A stretch of DNA of 64,000 nt from an uncultured delta proteobacterium (GTDB lineage Bacteria > Myxococcota > Kuafuiibacteriia > Kuafuiibacteriales > Kuafuiibacteriaceae), in contig CAWDML010000003.1 of assembly GCA_963803435.1 (NCBI GenBank), forward strand, positions 96,001-160,000, given 5' to 3'. A program made the position numbers and the translations under genes. This document shows, one piece after another, positions 40,491 to 50,090 of this stretch. The notes beneath the pieces were generated by a model. The model worked only from the letters and a program-made list of their open reading frames with translations. It searched no databases and was not told where the DNA came from. Numbering within the stretch: position 1 is the stretch's first letter; each line of letters opens with the position of its first letter.

Positions 40491-41820
40491 GTGCCCGGCC
40501 GTGCGCTCTCGAGCGTCTCGGGCCTGCGGAATCCGCCGCTGGCCCCGGCCGGCTCCCTCGCCGGCGCGCCTCCTCAACCACGCGGGCCCGGACGATCGCC
40601 CGTTTGCGATGATCTCGGGGCCCGGGGATCCGGCGCTCTCGACCTGGTCTTACGCGGGACTCGATGCGGTCGGCGTCGCGCCCAGCTTCGAGCGCGCCCA
40701 TCAGCAGATCGCGACCTGGATCGAGGCCGGCGATCCGCGCCTGCCGCCGTTCACGGGCGGCGCGGTCGGCTACGCCGGGTACGACGCGGGCTGGGCCGGA
40801 CAGCCGCGCCCGCGCGTCCCCCGGCCGGATCCGCTCGGGATGCCGGGCGCCCGTCTCCTCCTGTACGACGCCGTGTATGCGCGAAACGAGGCCACCGGCG
40901 AGGGCTTCCTGGTCGCCCAGCCCGACGCCGGCGGGCGCCTGGATCGCCTGGCCGCCGCCCTGGAGGACGAGGGTGAGCGCCCCGCCGGCGGCGCAGGCCC
41001 GCTCTCTCCGCGGGTCGCCCGCCGCACGCACCTGGCCCGGATCGCCGAGGCCCTCGAGCTGATCGCGGCCGGCGAGATCTACCAGGCGAACCTCACCTAT
41101 CCCCTGGTCGGTCGCTTCGACGGCGATCCGCGCGCGGCCTTTCTCCGGCTCCTGGAGGCCCCACCGACGTTCGCTGCCTACCTCCGCGTCGACGACGACC
41201 AGCACCTGATCTCGGCGTCGCCCGAGTGCTTCTTCGATCTCTTGGCCTCCGATCGATCCCTCGCGACCTATCCGATCAAGGGGACCCGACCTCGATCCGC
41301 CGATCCGATCCGGGACCGCGCGCTCGCCCGCGAGCTGGGCGCCGACGAGAAGGAGCGCGCCGAGCACCTGATGATCGTCGATCTGCTCCGGAACGACGTG
41401 GGTCGGATCGCCGAGATCGGCTCCGTGCGGGTCGACGGTCTGGCGTATGTGGAATCGTTCCCCGGCGTCCACCACCTGACCAGCCGGGTGCGGGGCACGA
41501 TCCGCCCCGACGTCGATCTTGGCCGCGTGCTTCGCGCGCTGTTCCCCGGCGGATCGATCACCGGCGCGCCGAAGCTCCGCGCCATGGAGGTGATCGACGC
41601 GCTCGAGGATGCACCGCGAGGCGTATACACGGGCGCGGTCGGGTACCTGACACCGAACGGCTCCGTCCGCACCAGCATCGCGATCCGCACGGCGCAGATC
41701 CGCGAGCGCGAGCTGATCTTCGGCGTGGGCGGCGGCATCGTGGCCGACTCGGTCCCGGCGCGCGAGTGGGACGAGACCGTCCTCAAATCGATGTCGCTCC
41801 GGCGGGCGCTCGAGGGCTGA
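40491..41820 (+). CDS. pabB: Aminodeoxychorismate synthase component I / anthranilate synthase I family
   Basis: GEIYQANL, SASPECF, PIKGTRPR, EHLMIVDLLRND, FPGGSITGAPK. N-terminus uncertain; a probable extra A at GAATC 40529-40533 would connect GTG 40491. Confidence 0.82.
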
Positions 41821-41822
41821 GA

Positions 41823-43889
41823 TCAGTCGAGCACGTCGAAGCGCGCGAACTTCATGCTGAACGTGCCGCGCCCCTCGGTGAGGTTCCGGAGCGAGGTCGA
41901 GTACCCGAACATCTTCGTCATCGCGACGATCGCCCGGACGACCCCCCGATCGCCGTGCGCGTCCACGCGCTCGATGCGCGCGCCGCGGCTGGAGAGATCG
42001 CCGACCACCGAGCCGGTCATCGGCTCGGGGACTACGACCTCGAGATCCATCAGCGGCGCGAGGATCGCGGCGCCGGCCTCCTTGATCGCGGTCCGCGCCG
42101 CCATCCCCGCGGCGATCCGGAGCGCCACCAGCGTCGTCTCGTTCGGCCGCGTCTCGGCGTCGATGAAGGACAGCTCCACGTCCTGCACCGGATAGCCCTC
42201 GATCGGTCCGGCCTCGAGCGCCTCCATGATGCCGCCCTGGATCTCGGCAAGCTCGCGATCGTTGAGCGGCACCGCCGCCCTCTGCGCCTCTGTGCGCGCG
42301 TCCATGAACACGTTGCCGGCCTCGCGGTCGCGGGCGCGTGCCCGGGCGGTCACGCGGGCGAAGAGGCGCTCCTTCTTCTCCTCGTCCACCACGCGCTCGA
42401 AGGCCTCGGTGCCGGTCCCTTCGCGCCGCACCGTCTCCCGATACACGACGCTCGGGTTGCCGACGTTCACCTCCAGCCCGTACTCGGTTCGCAGGCGATC
42501 AATCAGCACGTCGAGGTGGAGCTCGCCCATGCCTGCGAGCAGCGTCTGTCCGGTGTTCTCGTCCTCCTTGAGCTCGACGGTGGGATCCTCGTCCGCGAGC
42601 TTCGCGAGCGCCTCCTTCACCTTGTCGAGGTCGCGGTTCTGCTTGGGCTCGACGGCCACCGCGATCACCGGCTTGAGGAACGCCATCTGCTCGAAGCGGA
42701 TCGGGTGCTTCGGATCGGTGAGCGTGTCACCCGTCTTCGCGAACCGCACGCCCGCGGCCATCACCAGATCGCCGGCCACCGCCTCCTTGATGCGCTCCTT
42801 CTTGTCAGCGTGGGTCTTGAAGAGCCGGGCTACCTTCTCCCGCGCGCCGGTGGTGGTGTTGAGGACCTCGTCTCCCGGCTCCACGGTTCCCGAGTAGATC
42901 CGCAGATAGACGTGGCGCCGTCCCTCGTCCATCGCGATCTTGAACGCCAGCGCCGAGAGCGGCGCGTCGGGATCGGGTCCGCGGATCTCCTCTTCCTTCG
43001 TCTCGGGGTTGAGGCCCTTGATGGGCGGAACGTCGAGCGGGGAGGGGAGGTAGTCGACGACCGCGTCGAGCAGCGGGAGGACGCCCTTGTCCCGGAGCGC
43101 GGAGCCGCACAGCACCGGCTGGATCCGGTTGGAGACGGTGCCCGCGCGGAGCACGGCCTTGATCTTCTCCTCCGGCACGCTCTCCCCGCCGAGGAACGCC
43201 TCGGCAATCCCGTCGTCGATGTCGCCGAGGGTCTCGAGCAGTTGCTCCCGCGCGCGCTCCGCCTCGTCCTGGAGCTCGGCCGGGACGTCGGAGACCTCCT
43301 CGACCTCGCCGTGCTTGCCGCCGAAGGTCAGCTTCTTCATGCGGATCAGGTCGACGACCCCCTCGAAGGCGCTCTCGGCGCCGCACGGGATCTGGATGGG
43401 GACCGGCTTGGCTGCCAGCTTCTCCTTCATCTCCCCGACCACCTTCCAGAAGTCGGCGCCGATCCAATCCATCTTGTTCACGAAGGCGAGCCGCGGGACG
43501 CCCCAGCGGGTGGCCTGCCGCCAGACCGTTTCGGACTGGGGCTCGACGCCGCCGACGGCGCAGAAAACGGCCACGGCGCCGTCGAGAACGCGCAACGACC
43601 GCTCCACCTCGACGGTGAAGTCCACATGTCCGGGCGTGTCAATCAGATGGATGTCGTGGTCGTTCCAGGGACAGGTGGTCACGGCGGCTGTGATGGTGAT
43701 TCCCCGCTTCTGCTCCTGCTCCATCCAGTCCATCGCCGCCTTGCCTTCATGCACCTCGCCCGTCTTGTGAATCCGCCCGGTGTAGAAGAGGATCCGTTCG
43801 GATACGGTCGTCTTGCCGGCGTCGATGTGGGCTGCGATTCCGATGTTGCGGATGCGTGCCATCCTCGAAGGCTTGCCTGGCTTCGCCAT
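41823..43889 (-). CDS. fusA: Elongation factor G paralog (stand-alone)
   Basis: [39 protein letters not shown]; 688 aa; no rpsL/rpsG/tuf neighbours. Confidence 0.9.
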   Translation of the reverse strand: MAKPGKPSRMARIRNIGIAAHIDAGKTTVSERILFYTGRIHKTGEVHEGKAAMDWMEQEQKRGITITAAVTTCPWNDHDIHLIDTPGHVDFTVEVERSLRVLDGAVAVFCAVGGVEPQSETVWRQATRWGVPRLAFVNKMDWIGADFWKVVGEMKEKLAAKPVPIQIPCGAESAFEGVVDLIRMKKLTFGGKHGEVEEVSDVPAELQDEAERAREQLLETLGDIDDGIAEAFLGGESVPEEKIKAVLRAGTVSNRIQPVLCGSALRDKGVLPLLDAVVDYLPSPLDVPPIKGLNPETKEEEIRGPDPDAPLSALAFKIAMDEGRRHVYLRIYSGTVEPGDEVLNTTTGAREKVARLFKTHADKKERIKEAVAGDLVMAAGVRFAKTGDTLTDPKHPIRFEQMAFLKPVIAVAVEPKQNRDLDKVKEALAKLADEDPTVELKEDENTGQTLLAGMGELHLDVLIDRLRTEYGLEVNVGNPSVVYRETVRREGTGTEAFERVVDEEKKERLFARVTARARARDREAGNVFMDARTEAQRAAVPLNDRELAEIQGGIMEALEAGPIEGYPVQDVELSFIDAETRPNETTLVALRIAAGMAARTAIKEAGAAILAPLMDLEVVVPEPMTGSVVGDLSSRGARIERVDAHGDRGVVRAIVAMTKMFGYSTSLRNLTEGRGTFSMKFARFDVLD

Positions 43890-43934
43890 GGGGCCGGGAC
43901 TCTAGCACGGCCGCGGCGTGGAGCTTTTGGAGGA

Positions 43935-44504
43935 ATGTTCAGGGTCGGGCCACTCGAGTTTGAGTACTGGCACCTGATCCTGATCGCGGTCAGCGTCGGT
44001 GCCGGTTGGTGGCTCGTCCGTGGATTCACGATCCGCGTCTCCGGAACCTGGGAGCGCGTCGACGAGGGCCTGCGGCCCGGTCAGTTCGAACGCATCACGC
44101 TGGTGCAATTCGGTCCGTTCGTGCGGGGGCGCCGCCTGATGAGGGGCGGGTTCCAGGAGCTCAACGGGATGCTGCGCGGCCGGAGCATCGCGATGACGCG
44201 ACGCGATCACGGACAGGACATGATCATCGATCAGGGCTTCCCAAAAGAAGTCGCCGCCGCCATCGACGGGACCGTCACCGCGCGCATGCGGCTGACCTTG
44301 TCGGCCGACGGCCGCGCGATCTTCGGGACGTTCACGCCGCAAAAGATCGAATTCACGTACCGACCTCCGGAGATCACGCGCCGGATTTTCCTCGAACCGT
44401 CGTATCGCCGGTACAAGTTGGTCTCTCGGGAGATCCTCGACGAGCCCGACCACGATCGGCCCGAGACCGAGGACGCGAAGAACCCTCTCCGGAGGACGGT
44501 TTAG
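43935..44504 (+). CDS. Hypothetical membrane-anchored protein
   Basis: GGAGG RBS before ATG 43935; N-terminal TM helix. Confidence 0.65.
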   Translation: MFRVGPLEFEYWHLILIAVSVGAGWWLVRGFTIRVSGTWERVDEGLRPGQFERITLVQFGPFVRGRRLMRGGFQELNGMLRGRSIAMTRRDHGQDMIIDQGFPKEVAAAIDGTVTARMRLTLSADGRAIFGTFTPQKIEFTYRPPEITRRIFLEPSYRRYKLVSREILDEPDHDRPETEDAKNPLRRTV

Positions 44505-44583
44505 AGGGGAAACCTGAAACCCACGTGGCATAATCGCGCCATCCCGCCGGTTTTCATGTAGAATTTTCTGCTGAGAGGGAGTG

Positions 44584-44793
44584 ATGGCCGCCATGGGGAG
44601 CGCGTTCGACGGTGTGAAGGTCTTTTCGGCGACGAAAGCCCGAGAACGAGAGGAATTGGGCGAGACGATCACGAAATGGATCCAGGAACACCCGAACTTT
44701 AGCGTCGTGGACCGCGTCGTGACCCAGTCGAGCGACAACGAGTTTCACTGCCTGACCATCACTCTGTTCTACCTCCACCAGTCGGCCGACTGA
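44584..44793 (+). CDS. Small hypothetical protein resembling a conserved myxobacterial family
   Basis: GVKVFSATKAREREELGE...VTQSSDNEFHCLTITLFY, recognised from memory; GAGGGAG RBS. Confidence 0.7.
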   Translation: MAAMGSAFDGVKVFSATKAREREELGETITKWIQEHPNFSVVDRVVTQSSDNEFHCLTITLFYLHQSAD

Positions 44794-44816
44794 GCAAAGC
44801 GGCCGTTTCGTCGAGG

Positions 44817-46757
44817 ATGCCGGGCATGCCCCGCCATGTCCCGGTCCTCCCGGCCCTCCCGATCCTCCTGATCCTCCTGATCCTGACCGCCGGTTGTGGA
44901 TCGGCCGTCGACACTCCCGACGCCGAGCGCACTCTTCGAACCGAAACCGACGAGTGGGGTCTCATCACCTGCTCGCCGCAGACGGCGTCGACGACGTGCC
45001 ACGCAAATCGCGCGATCCTCGGCGTCTCCATGGGCGCCGGCGGCGCAGGGACGATGGCCTTCATGCGTCCCGATCTCTTCGACTCGGTGGGCCTCATCGG
45101 ATCGCCGCTGGTCGACTGGATCTACTTCCTCCGGAACGTCAAGCGCTCGTACCTCGGCGGCTTCTGCGATCGCGAGACGATCCTCGCGCACCTCGACGAG
45201 GTCAACGATCCCGAGGGCGGCGCCTTTTGTGGTCCAGTCGCCGGCGAGGTGAAGCTGACGCCCGACGGGACCATCCTCGAGCCGTCGCAGGACTTCGATC
45301 ATTGGTACCGCTGGATCGATCAGGGCCGCGGCGGCTCGTTCGGACGCAACACCATGCGCGAGTCACTCCAGGACATCTCGCTCGCGTTCGGCAACGCGCT
45401 CGTCTACAACCCCGAGTCCCCGTACTACCCGCCGGGGCTTCCGATGGATTATCGGAGCTGGACGGACGAAGAGAAGTGCGCCCACCCGATGGTGGTCCAC
45501 GGCGTCAAGAACGCCGATTACAACCCGGACGGCACCTACGACGTGCTGGCGTTCTGCGACACCAAGACCAGCGGGGGGGACTTCGATCCCGCGCATCCCT
45601 CCGACCAGGCGGCCGAGGTGCTGGAGGCCGTCGACTACAACGGCAACGGCATTCGCGACTACGCGGAGCCGGTGCTCGTGATGATGAACGAGCCCTACCA
45701 GGACGTGGGTGTCCGGGCGGGCAATCCGACCGAGGCCTACGATTGGCTCGACAATCCCACGGGAACCGCCGGCAACTGGCGCTACGACGAGGGCGAGCCC
45801 TTCGAGGACAACGGGCTCGACGGCGTGCCGGACACCGGCGACTACGGCGAGGGCAACGGGAAGTTCGACTACAACCCCCACGTCGACAACTTCCTGAACT
45901 TCAACCCGCGCACGAACCTGGAGAAGATGGACGAGGGTCAGCTCGAGCGGCTCAACATCTACGCCGACGCGGGCATCCGCGACTTCCTGATGAGCGCCGG
46001 CGCCACCAACTGGCTGTGGGGCGCGCTCACCGCGCGGGTCGGCGCCGAGCGCGCGAAGCAGTGGGAGAACTTCCCGGAGCTCACGCCGGAGCTGAGCCGC
46101 TTCGACTTCCTCTCGGTGGACTACTCGCCCGAGGGCATCGGCAAGAACGCGTACCTCCGCTACGGCGATCCGAACGCCAGCGAGCGCGAGATCGCGCGGG
46201 GCGATGGGCACCACGTGGGCCCGGCCGACCAGGTGCTCAACCGCTTCCTGGTGGCGCTCTCGTTCGTCCAGGATCGCTTCATCGACCGGGACGTGGAGGC
46301 GATCGATCAGGTCGGCGAGATCACGGACCTCGTGCAGCCCAGCACGTTTTACTCGGCCGCACTGGGGCGCGACCGCAAGTACGGGATCGTGCTGCCGCCC
46401 GGCTATGACAAGCCCGAGCACGCGAACGAGCGCTATCCTGTCGTGTACTTCCTCCACGGTCAGGGCATGGAGTCTGAGGATCTGCTCGCCTCTGCGATCC
46501 TCTTCTTCGGTTACATGGCCGGCTCGACCCGCGAGGAGCAGATCCGTCGCCGCGAGGCGGATTGGGCGAAGTACATCATCGTGTTCCCGGATTCGACGTG
46601 CGATCCGGAGGCCTGCAGCTCAGGCAACTTCAACGCCAACCACCTGGGGATCGATGGAAACGGCCCGCGCTACCTGGACAGCCTCTACGAGCTGATGGCG
46701 TACGTCGAGAAGACCTATCGCACGGCGATCCCGGTCGAGGTGCCGATCGGAGAGTGA
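44817..46757 (+). CDS. Lipoprotein alpha/beta-hydrolase (esterase-like), apparently circularly permuted
   Basis: Lipobox LTAGC; GVSMG nucleophile elbow near the N-terminus; IVLPPGY...RYPVVYFLHG near the C-terminus; DxNxNG-type loops. Confidence 0.72.
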   Translation: MPGMPRHVPVLPALPILLILLILTAGCGSAVDTPDAERTLRTETDEWGLITCSPQTASTTCHANRAILGVSMGAGGAGTMAFMRPDLFDSVGLIGSPLVDWIYFLRNVKRSYLGGFCDRETILAHLDEVNDPEGGAFCGPVAGEVKLTPDGTILEPSQDFDHWYRWIDQGRGGSFGRNTMRESLQDISLAFGNALVYNPESPYYPPGLPMDYRSWTDEEKCAHPMVVHGVKNADYNPDGTYDVLAFCDTKTSGGDFDPAHPSDQAAEVLEAVDYNGNGIRDYAEPVLVMMNEPYQDVGVRAGNPTEAYDWLDNPTGTAGNWRYDEGEPFEDNGLDGVPDTGDYGEGNGKFDYNPHVDNFLNFNPRTNLEKMDEGQLERLNIYADAGIRDFLMSAGATNWLWGALTARVGAERAKQWENFPELTPELSRFDFLSVDYSPEGIGKNAYLRYGDPNASEREIARGDGHHVGPADQVLNRFLVALSFVQDRFIDRDVEAIDQVGEITDLVQPSTFYSAALGRDRKYGIVLPPGYDKPEHANERYPVVYFLHGQGMESEDLLASAILFFGYMAGSTREEQIRRREADWAKYIIVFPDSTCDPEACSSGNFNANHLGIDGNGPRYLDSLYELMAYVEKTYRTAIPVEVPIGE

Positions 46758-46810
46758 GACCACTCGCTCGCTTGCCGAGGCCGGTGCCCGCCTGATACGC
46801 GCTCCCCGAA

Positions 46811-47686
46811 ATGGCGGAGTCCCCTCAACGGCCGGCGAAGCACGAACCGCCTGGCGCCGTGCTCGAAGCGCTCTTCCTCGCCCGCGAAGAGGCGCTCTCG
46901 ATGGTCGTGTCGATCCGCGCCGTCTTCCTGATCGTGACGTACTCGGTGATCGCCGGGGCGATCGGGGCCGTGCTGCTGTGGATCAACGACAAGACGGACG
47001 GGAACCTGCTCAAGACCGCCGACCGTCTCAAAGAGGCGCCCGACCTCGTGATCCAGAAGCTGACCGAGGCGGGCCTCAACGCACATCTGGCGGAGGCCAT
47101 GGTCCGCGGGGACCTCCCGCCGCTGGTCCTGGGCGTGCTCTTCTTCTCGACGTTCGCGATCCCGCCCTTGATCCTGCTGGTCGGCTACAACCGGATCAGC
47201 GAGGACATCAGCACCAAGTACACGCGATTTCTCCTCCAGCGCGTGCATCGCGGCTCCTACCTGGCGGGCAAGATCGTCGGCCACTGGCTCGTCAGCTTCC
47301 TCTCGATCCTCGTCGTGCACGGCCTGCTCCTCGGCTATGCGCAGGCGACGCACCGCTTCGACGTCGGCGCCATGCTCCACGCCATGCCGCGGATCTGGCT
47401 GGCGATGGGGGTGTTCGTGCTCGCGTACTCGACGTTCACCTGCATGGTCTCGTCGGTGCTGACGCCGCCGTTCCTGGTCCTGTTGGTGGGGACGATGCTC
47501 CTGTTCGCGCTGAAGTTCGCGTCGTGGATCGGGTCGTTCATCTACGCGCCGCTCGGAGACGCGTGGATCGGATCCTGGGACGTGCCGTTGTGGGCGCTCG
47601 ATCCGCGGGCGCTCGCGGTGTACGGCGGCTACTCGCTGGTATTCGTCGGCATCGCCTACCTGATCCTGCGAGGGAGAGACCTGTGA
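46811..47686 (+). CDS. ABC-2 type transporter permease
   Basis: About 6 TMs, ISED...RFLL...RGSYLAGK; adjacent ATPase gene. Confidence 0.82.
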   Translation: MAESPQRPAKHEPPGAVLEALFLAREEALSMVVSIRAVFLIVTYSVIAGAIGAVLLWINDKTDGNLLKTADRLKEAPDLVIQKLTEAGLNAHLAEAMVRGDLPPLVLGVLFFSTFAIPPLILLVGYNRISEDISTKYTRFLLQRVHRGSYLAGKIVGHWLVSFLSILVVHGLLLGYAQATHRFDVGAMLHAMPRIWLAMGVFVLAYSTFTCMVSSVLTPPFLVLLVGTMLLFALKFASWIGSFIYAPLGDAWIGSWDVPLWALDPRALAVYGGYSLVFVGIAYLILRGRDL

Positions 47687-48618
47687 CCGCCGCCGTCGAG
47701 ATGATCAAGACCACCAAGAACTACGGCCGGGTCCGCGCGCTGTCGGAGCTCTCGCTCGAAGTTCCCGAGGGCGCGCTGTTCGGCCTGATCGGGCCGAACG
47801 GCGCGGGCAAGACCACCACCTTCAGCCTGCTGTGCGGCTTCCTTCGCCCGACGGAGGGCGAGATCCACGTGCGAGGCCGGAGGCTCACGCCCGGGGCGCC
47901 GCCGGTGGGGCAGATCCTGGCGCTTCCCCAGGACGCCACGCTCCCCGGCCGCACCCGCGTCCTCGATACGCTGGTGCTGCTGTCGCGGCTGTCGGGGCTC
48001 TCCAAGGTCGAGGCGACCGCGCGGGCCCTGCGGGCGCTCGAGCGCGTCGGGCTGGCCGACCTGTCCGAGCGACGCCTGGACAACCTCTCCCACGGCCAGC
48101 GCCGCCGCGTCGGGATCGCGCAGACGCTGCTCGGTGATGACGAGGTCATCATCCTCGACGAGCCCACCTCCGGGCTCGATCCGCGTACGGCCGCAGAGCT
48201 CCGCGATCTGATCAAAACACTGCATCACGATCGAACGATCATCCTCTCGACCCACAACCTGTCCGAGATCGAGGTGCTCTGCACGCACGCCGCCATCATC
48301 GACAAGGGCCGACTGGTCACGTCGGGCACCATGGATCAGATCCGCCAGACCGGCGCCCGGTTGGTGGTGGCGCTGGCGAAGCCGCTCGAGGGCATCGGCG
48401 AGGTCGTCGCGGCGCTGGCTGCGCTGCCTGCGGTGGGGCAAGCGCGCGCGGCCGCCACCAAGGACATGATCGAGATCGAGGTCGCCGACGACAAGGACGT
48501 CGACGACATCACCAATCAGGCGCTCCGCCTGGTGCTGGAGAAAGGCGGCAGCGTGCGGGGCGTCGAGCGCGGCAAGAGCCTCGAGCAGCGCTTCATGGAG
48601 GAGACGGGCCGGAAGTAG
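47683..48618 (+). CDS. ABC transporter ATP-binding protein
   Basis: GPNGAGKTT, LSHGQRRR, ILDEPTSGLD, STH; GTGA overlap with the permease. Confidence 0.93.
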   Translation: MTAAVEMIKTTKNYGRVRALSELSLEVPEGALFGLIGPNGAGKTTTFSLLCGFLRPTEGEIHVRGRRLTPGAPPVGQILALPQDATLPGRTRVLDTLVLLSRLSGLSKVEATARALRALERVGLADLSERRLDNLSHGQRRRVGIAQTLLGDDEVIILDEPTSGLDPRTAAELRDLIKTLHHDRTIILSTHNLSEIEVLCTHAAIIDKGRLVTSGTMDQIRQTGARLVVALAKPLEGIGEVVAALAALPAVGQARAAATKDMIEIEVADDKDVDDITNQALRLVLEKGGSVRGVERGKSLEQRFMEETGRK

Positions 48619-48684
48619 GAGCGTGTAGCGCGTAAGCGCTCACGCGACCCCGGTCCGGGTCCCGGTCCCGGTCCGGGTCCCGAT
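48619..48684 (+). repeat. Left inverted repeat with (CC/GG)GGTC hexamer array
   Basis: GAGCGTGTAGCGCGTA...CCCGGTCCGGGTCCCGGTCCCGGTCCGGGTCCCGAT; by hand alignment about 60 of 66 positions match the reverse complement of 50019-50082. Confidence 0.9.
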
Positions 48685-48704
48685 CTGAAGATGGCTGCCT
48701 TGAG

Positions 48705-49525
48705 TCAGACGCTCGCGACGGTCGCGAGCTTCGATCGGTAGAGCTTGAGCAGGTTGTGGGTGAGGCAGACGAGCGTCCACTCGGCTCGTACCTTGAAGAA
48801 GGAGCGGAGCGAGAACCGGCGGAATCCTCGTGCCGCTTTGATCTGTCCGAGCGCCGGTTCGACGATACTCTTCCTGCGGGGGTAGACCGCCTTGCCGTCG
48901 CGCGTTTGCAACTTGTCTCGCATTCGCTTGCGAGCGAGCGAGGCAGGTGTGGGCTCCGAAGCTGATGAGGACGGAGTCGACGCGTCTTGGTTCTGTTCGC
49001 GTCCAACAGCGATGTGGGCATCGATCTGATTGTTGTCGCAGAATTCGATGTTGGTCGCGCTCAGATAGCCGTTGTCTGCCGTCATCTTCCGCGGAGCATC
49101 GCCGCAGTTGCCGAACACATCACGGAGCATCGGGACGAGGTGTTGCTGATCAGGTGCCTGGTTGCTGACCCCTTCGGCGACAATCACCTGAGCGTGCTCA
49201 TCTACGACAACTTGGGCATTGTAGGCCTGGAGGTACGCTCCCTCCTTCAACATGATCCTGCTGTCTGAGTCGGTGAAGTTCCTCTGAGCGTTGGGCCTCG
49301 GTGTGCCGTCCACATTTGCAGGAACGCGATGATGCGGCCATCCATCATTTCGTTCAGTTGGGTCTGGGGATGGTTCGAGCTGGTCAGCCTGCGCTCTTGC
49401 CTTCTCGGCTCATCGACGACGTCCAAGACGAAGTACGCGAGATGATTTTCTGGGAGCCACTCGAGAGGGGACGGCGGGAGCAAGAACGATTGTCTCGGAG
49501 TCCAAGAACGGTATTGCTTCGCCAC
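48705..49525 (-). pseudogene. IS1182-family transposase, internally deleted
   Basis: N-terminus RQSFLLPPSPLEWLPENHLAYFVLDVVDE, then in another frame the C-terminal half NFTDSDSRIM...YNAQ...TADNGY...RRKSIVEP...HNLLKL; the central part is missing. Confidence 0.85.
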
Positions 49526-49644
49526 GAAACCATGGGATCAAGTCCAGGCGTCGAAGTCGATCCGCCCAACGATCGATTCCAGACGAAACGACCTCCAAGA
49601 ACTTCTGCTGGTCAAAGTGGACGAGCTACCGCAAGCTAGCTTGC

Positions 49645-50013
49645 ATGGTCACTTTCGATCACGAGAAGCTCGAGGTCTACCAGCTCGCCGTCGAGTATGC
49701 CGACATCGCTGAAGAGATCGCACAAGAACTGCAACCCGGTCACGCTCACGTCCGCGATCAGCTTCGGCGGGCATCCGATTCCATCGTGAACAACACCGCC
49801 GAGGGCGCCGGAGAGTTCAATCCACCTGAGAAGGCTCGCTTCTACCGGATGGCACTTCGCTCTGGCACCGAAAGCGCCGCCTCACTCCACACCTGCTCGA
49901 GGCGCCGACTCGCCAACGAGCAGAAGGTCCAAGCCGCCAGAGCCAAGCTCAAGCGCGTTGTCGAGATGCTCACGCGCCTCATCAAGTTGATGAACGCACG
50001 CCGGGCTGCATGA
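49645..50013 (+). CDS. Four-helix-bundle protein (23S rRNA IVS protein / Avd-like superfamily)
   Basis: FDHEKLEVYQLA, DQLRRASDSIVNNTAEG, RFYRMALRSGTESAA. Confidence 0.9.
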   Translation: MVTFDHEKLEVYQLAVEYADIAEEIAQELQPGHAHVRDQLRRASDSIVNNTAEGAGEFNPPEKARFYRMALRSGTESAASLHTCSRRRLANEQKVQAARAKLKRVVEMLTRLIKLMNARRAA

Positions 50014-50018
50014 TCGCC

Positions 50019-50082
50019 ATCGGGACCGGGACCGGACCGGGACCCGGACCGGGCTCGCGGTAGCGCTACGCGCTACACGCTC
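50019..50082 (-). repeat. Right inverted repeat
   Basis: ATCGGGACCGGGACCGGACCGGGACCCGGACCGGG...TACGCGCTACACGCTC, complementary to 48619-48684. Confidence 0.9.
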
Positions 50083-50090
50083 AAGTAGCG

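Larger units (their letters stand above)
48613..50088. mobile_element. Putative transposon-like cassette: ~65 bp inverted repeats, 6 bp flanking direct repeat AAGTAG, four-helix-bundle gene and IS1182 remnant
   Basis: Inverted repeats 48619-48684 and 50019-50082; AAGTAG at 48613-48618 and 50083-50088; interior visibly less GC-rich than the flanks. Confidence 0.75.

Noticed and set aside
48648-48684. CRISPR-like array
   Set aside because: Hexamer microrepeats with no spacers and no cas genes.
49645-50013. Diversity-generating retroelement or 23S rRNA intervening sequence suggested by the four-helix-bundle gene
   Set aside because: No reverse transcriptase, TR/VR pair or rRNA sequence in the window.
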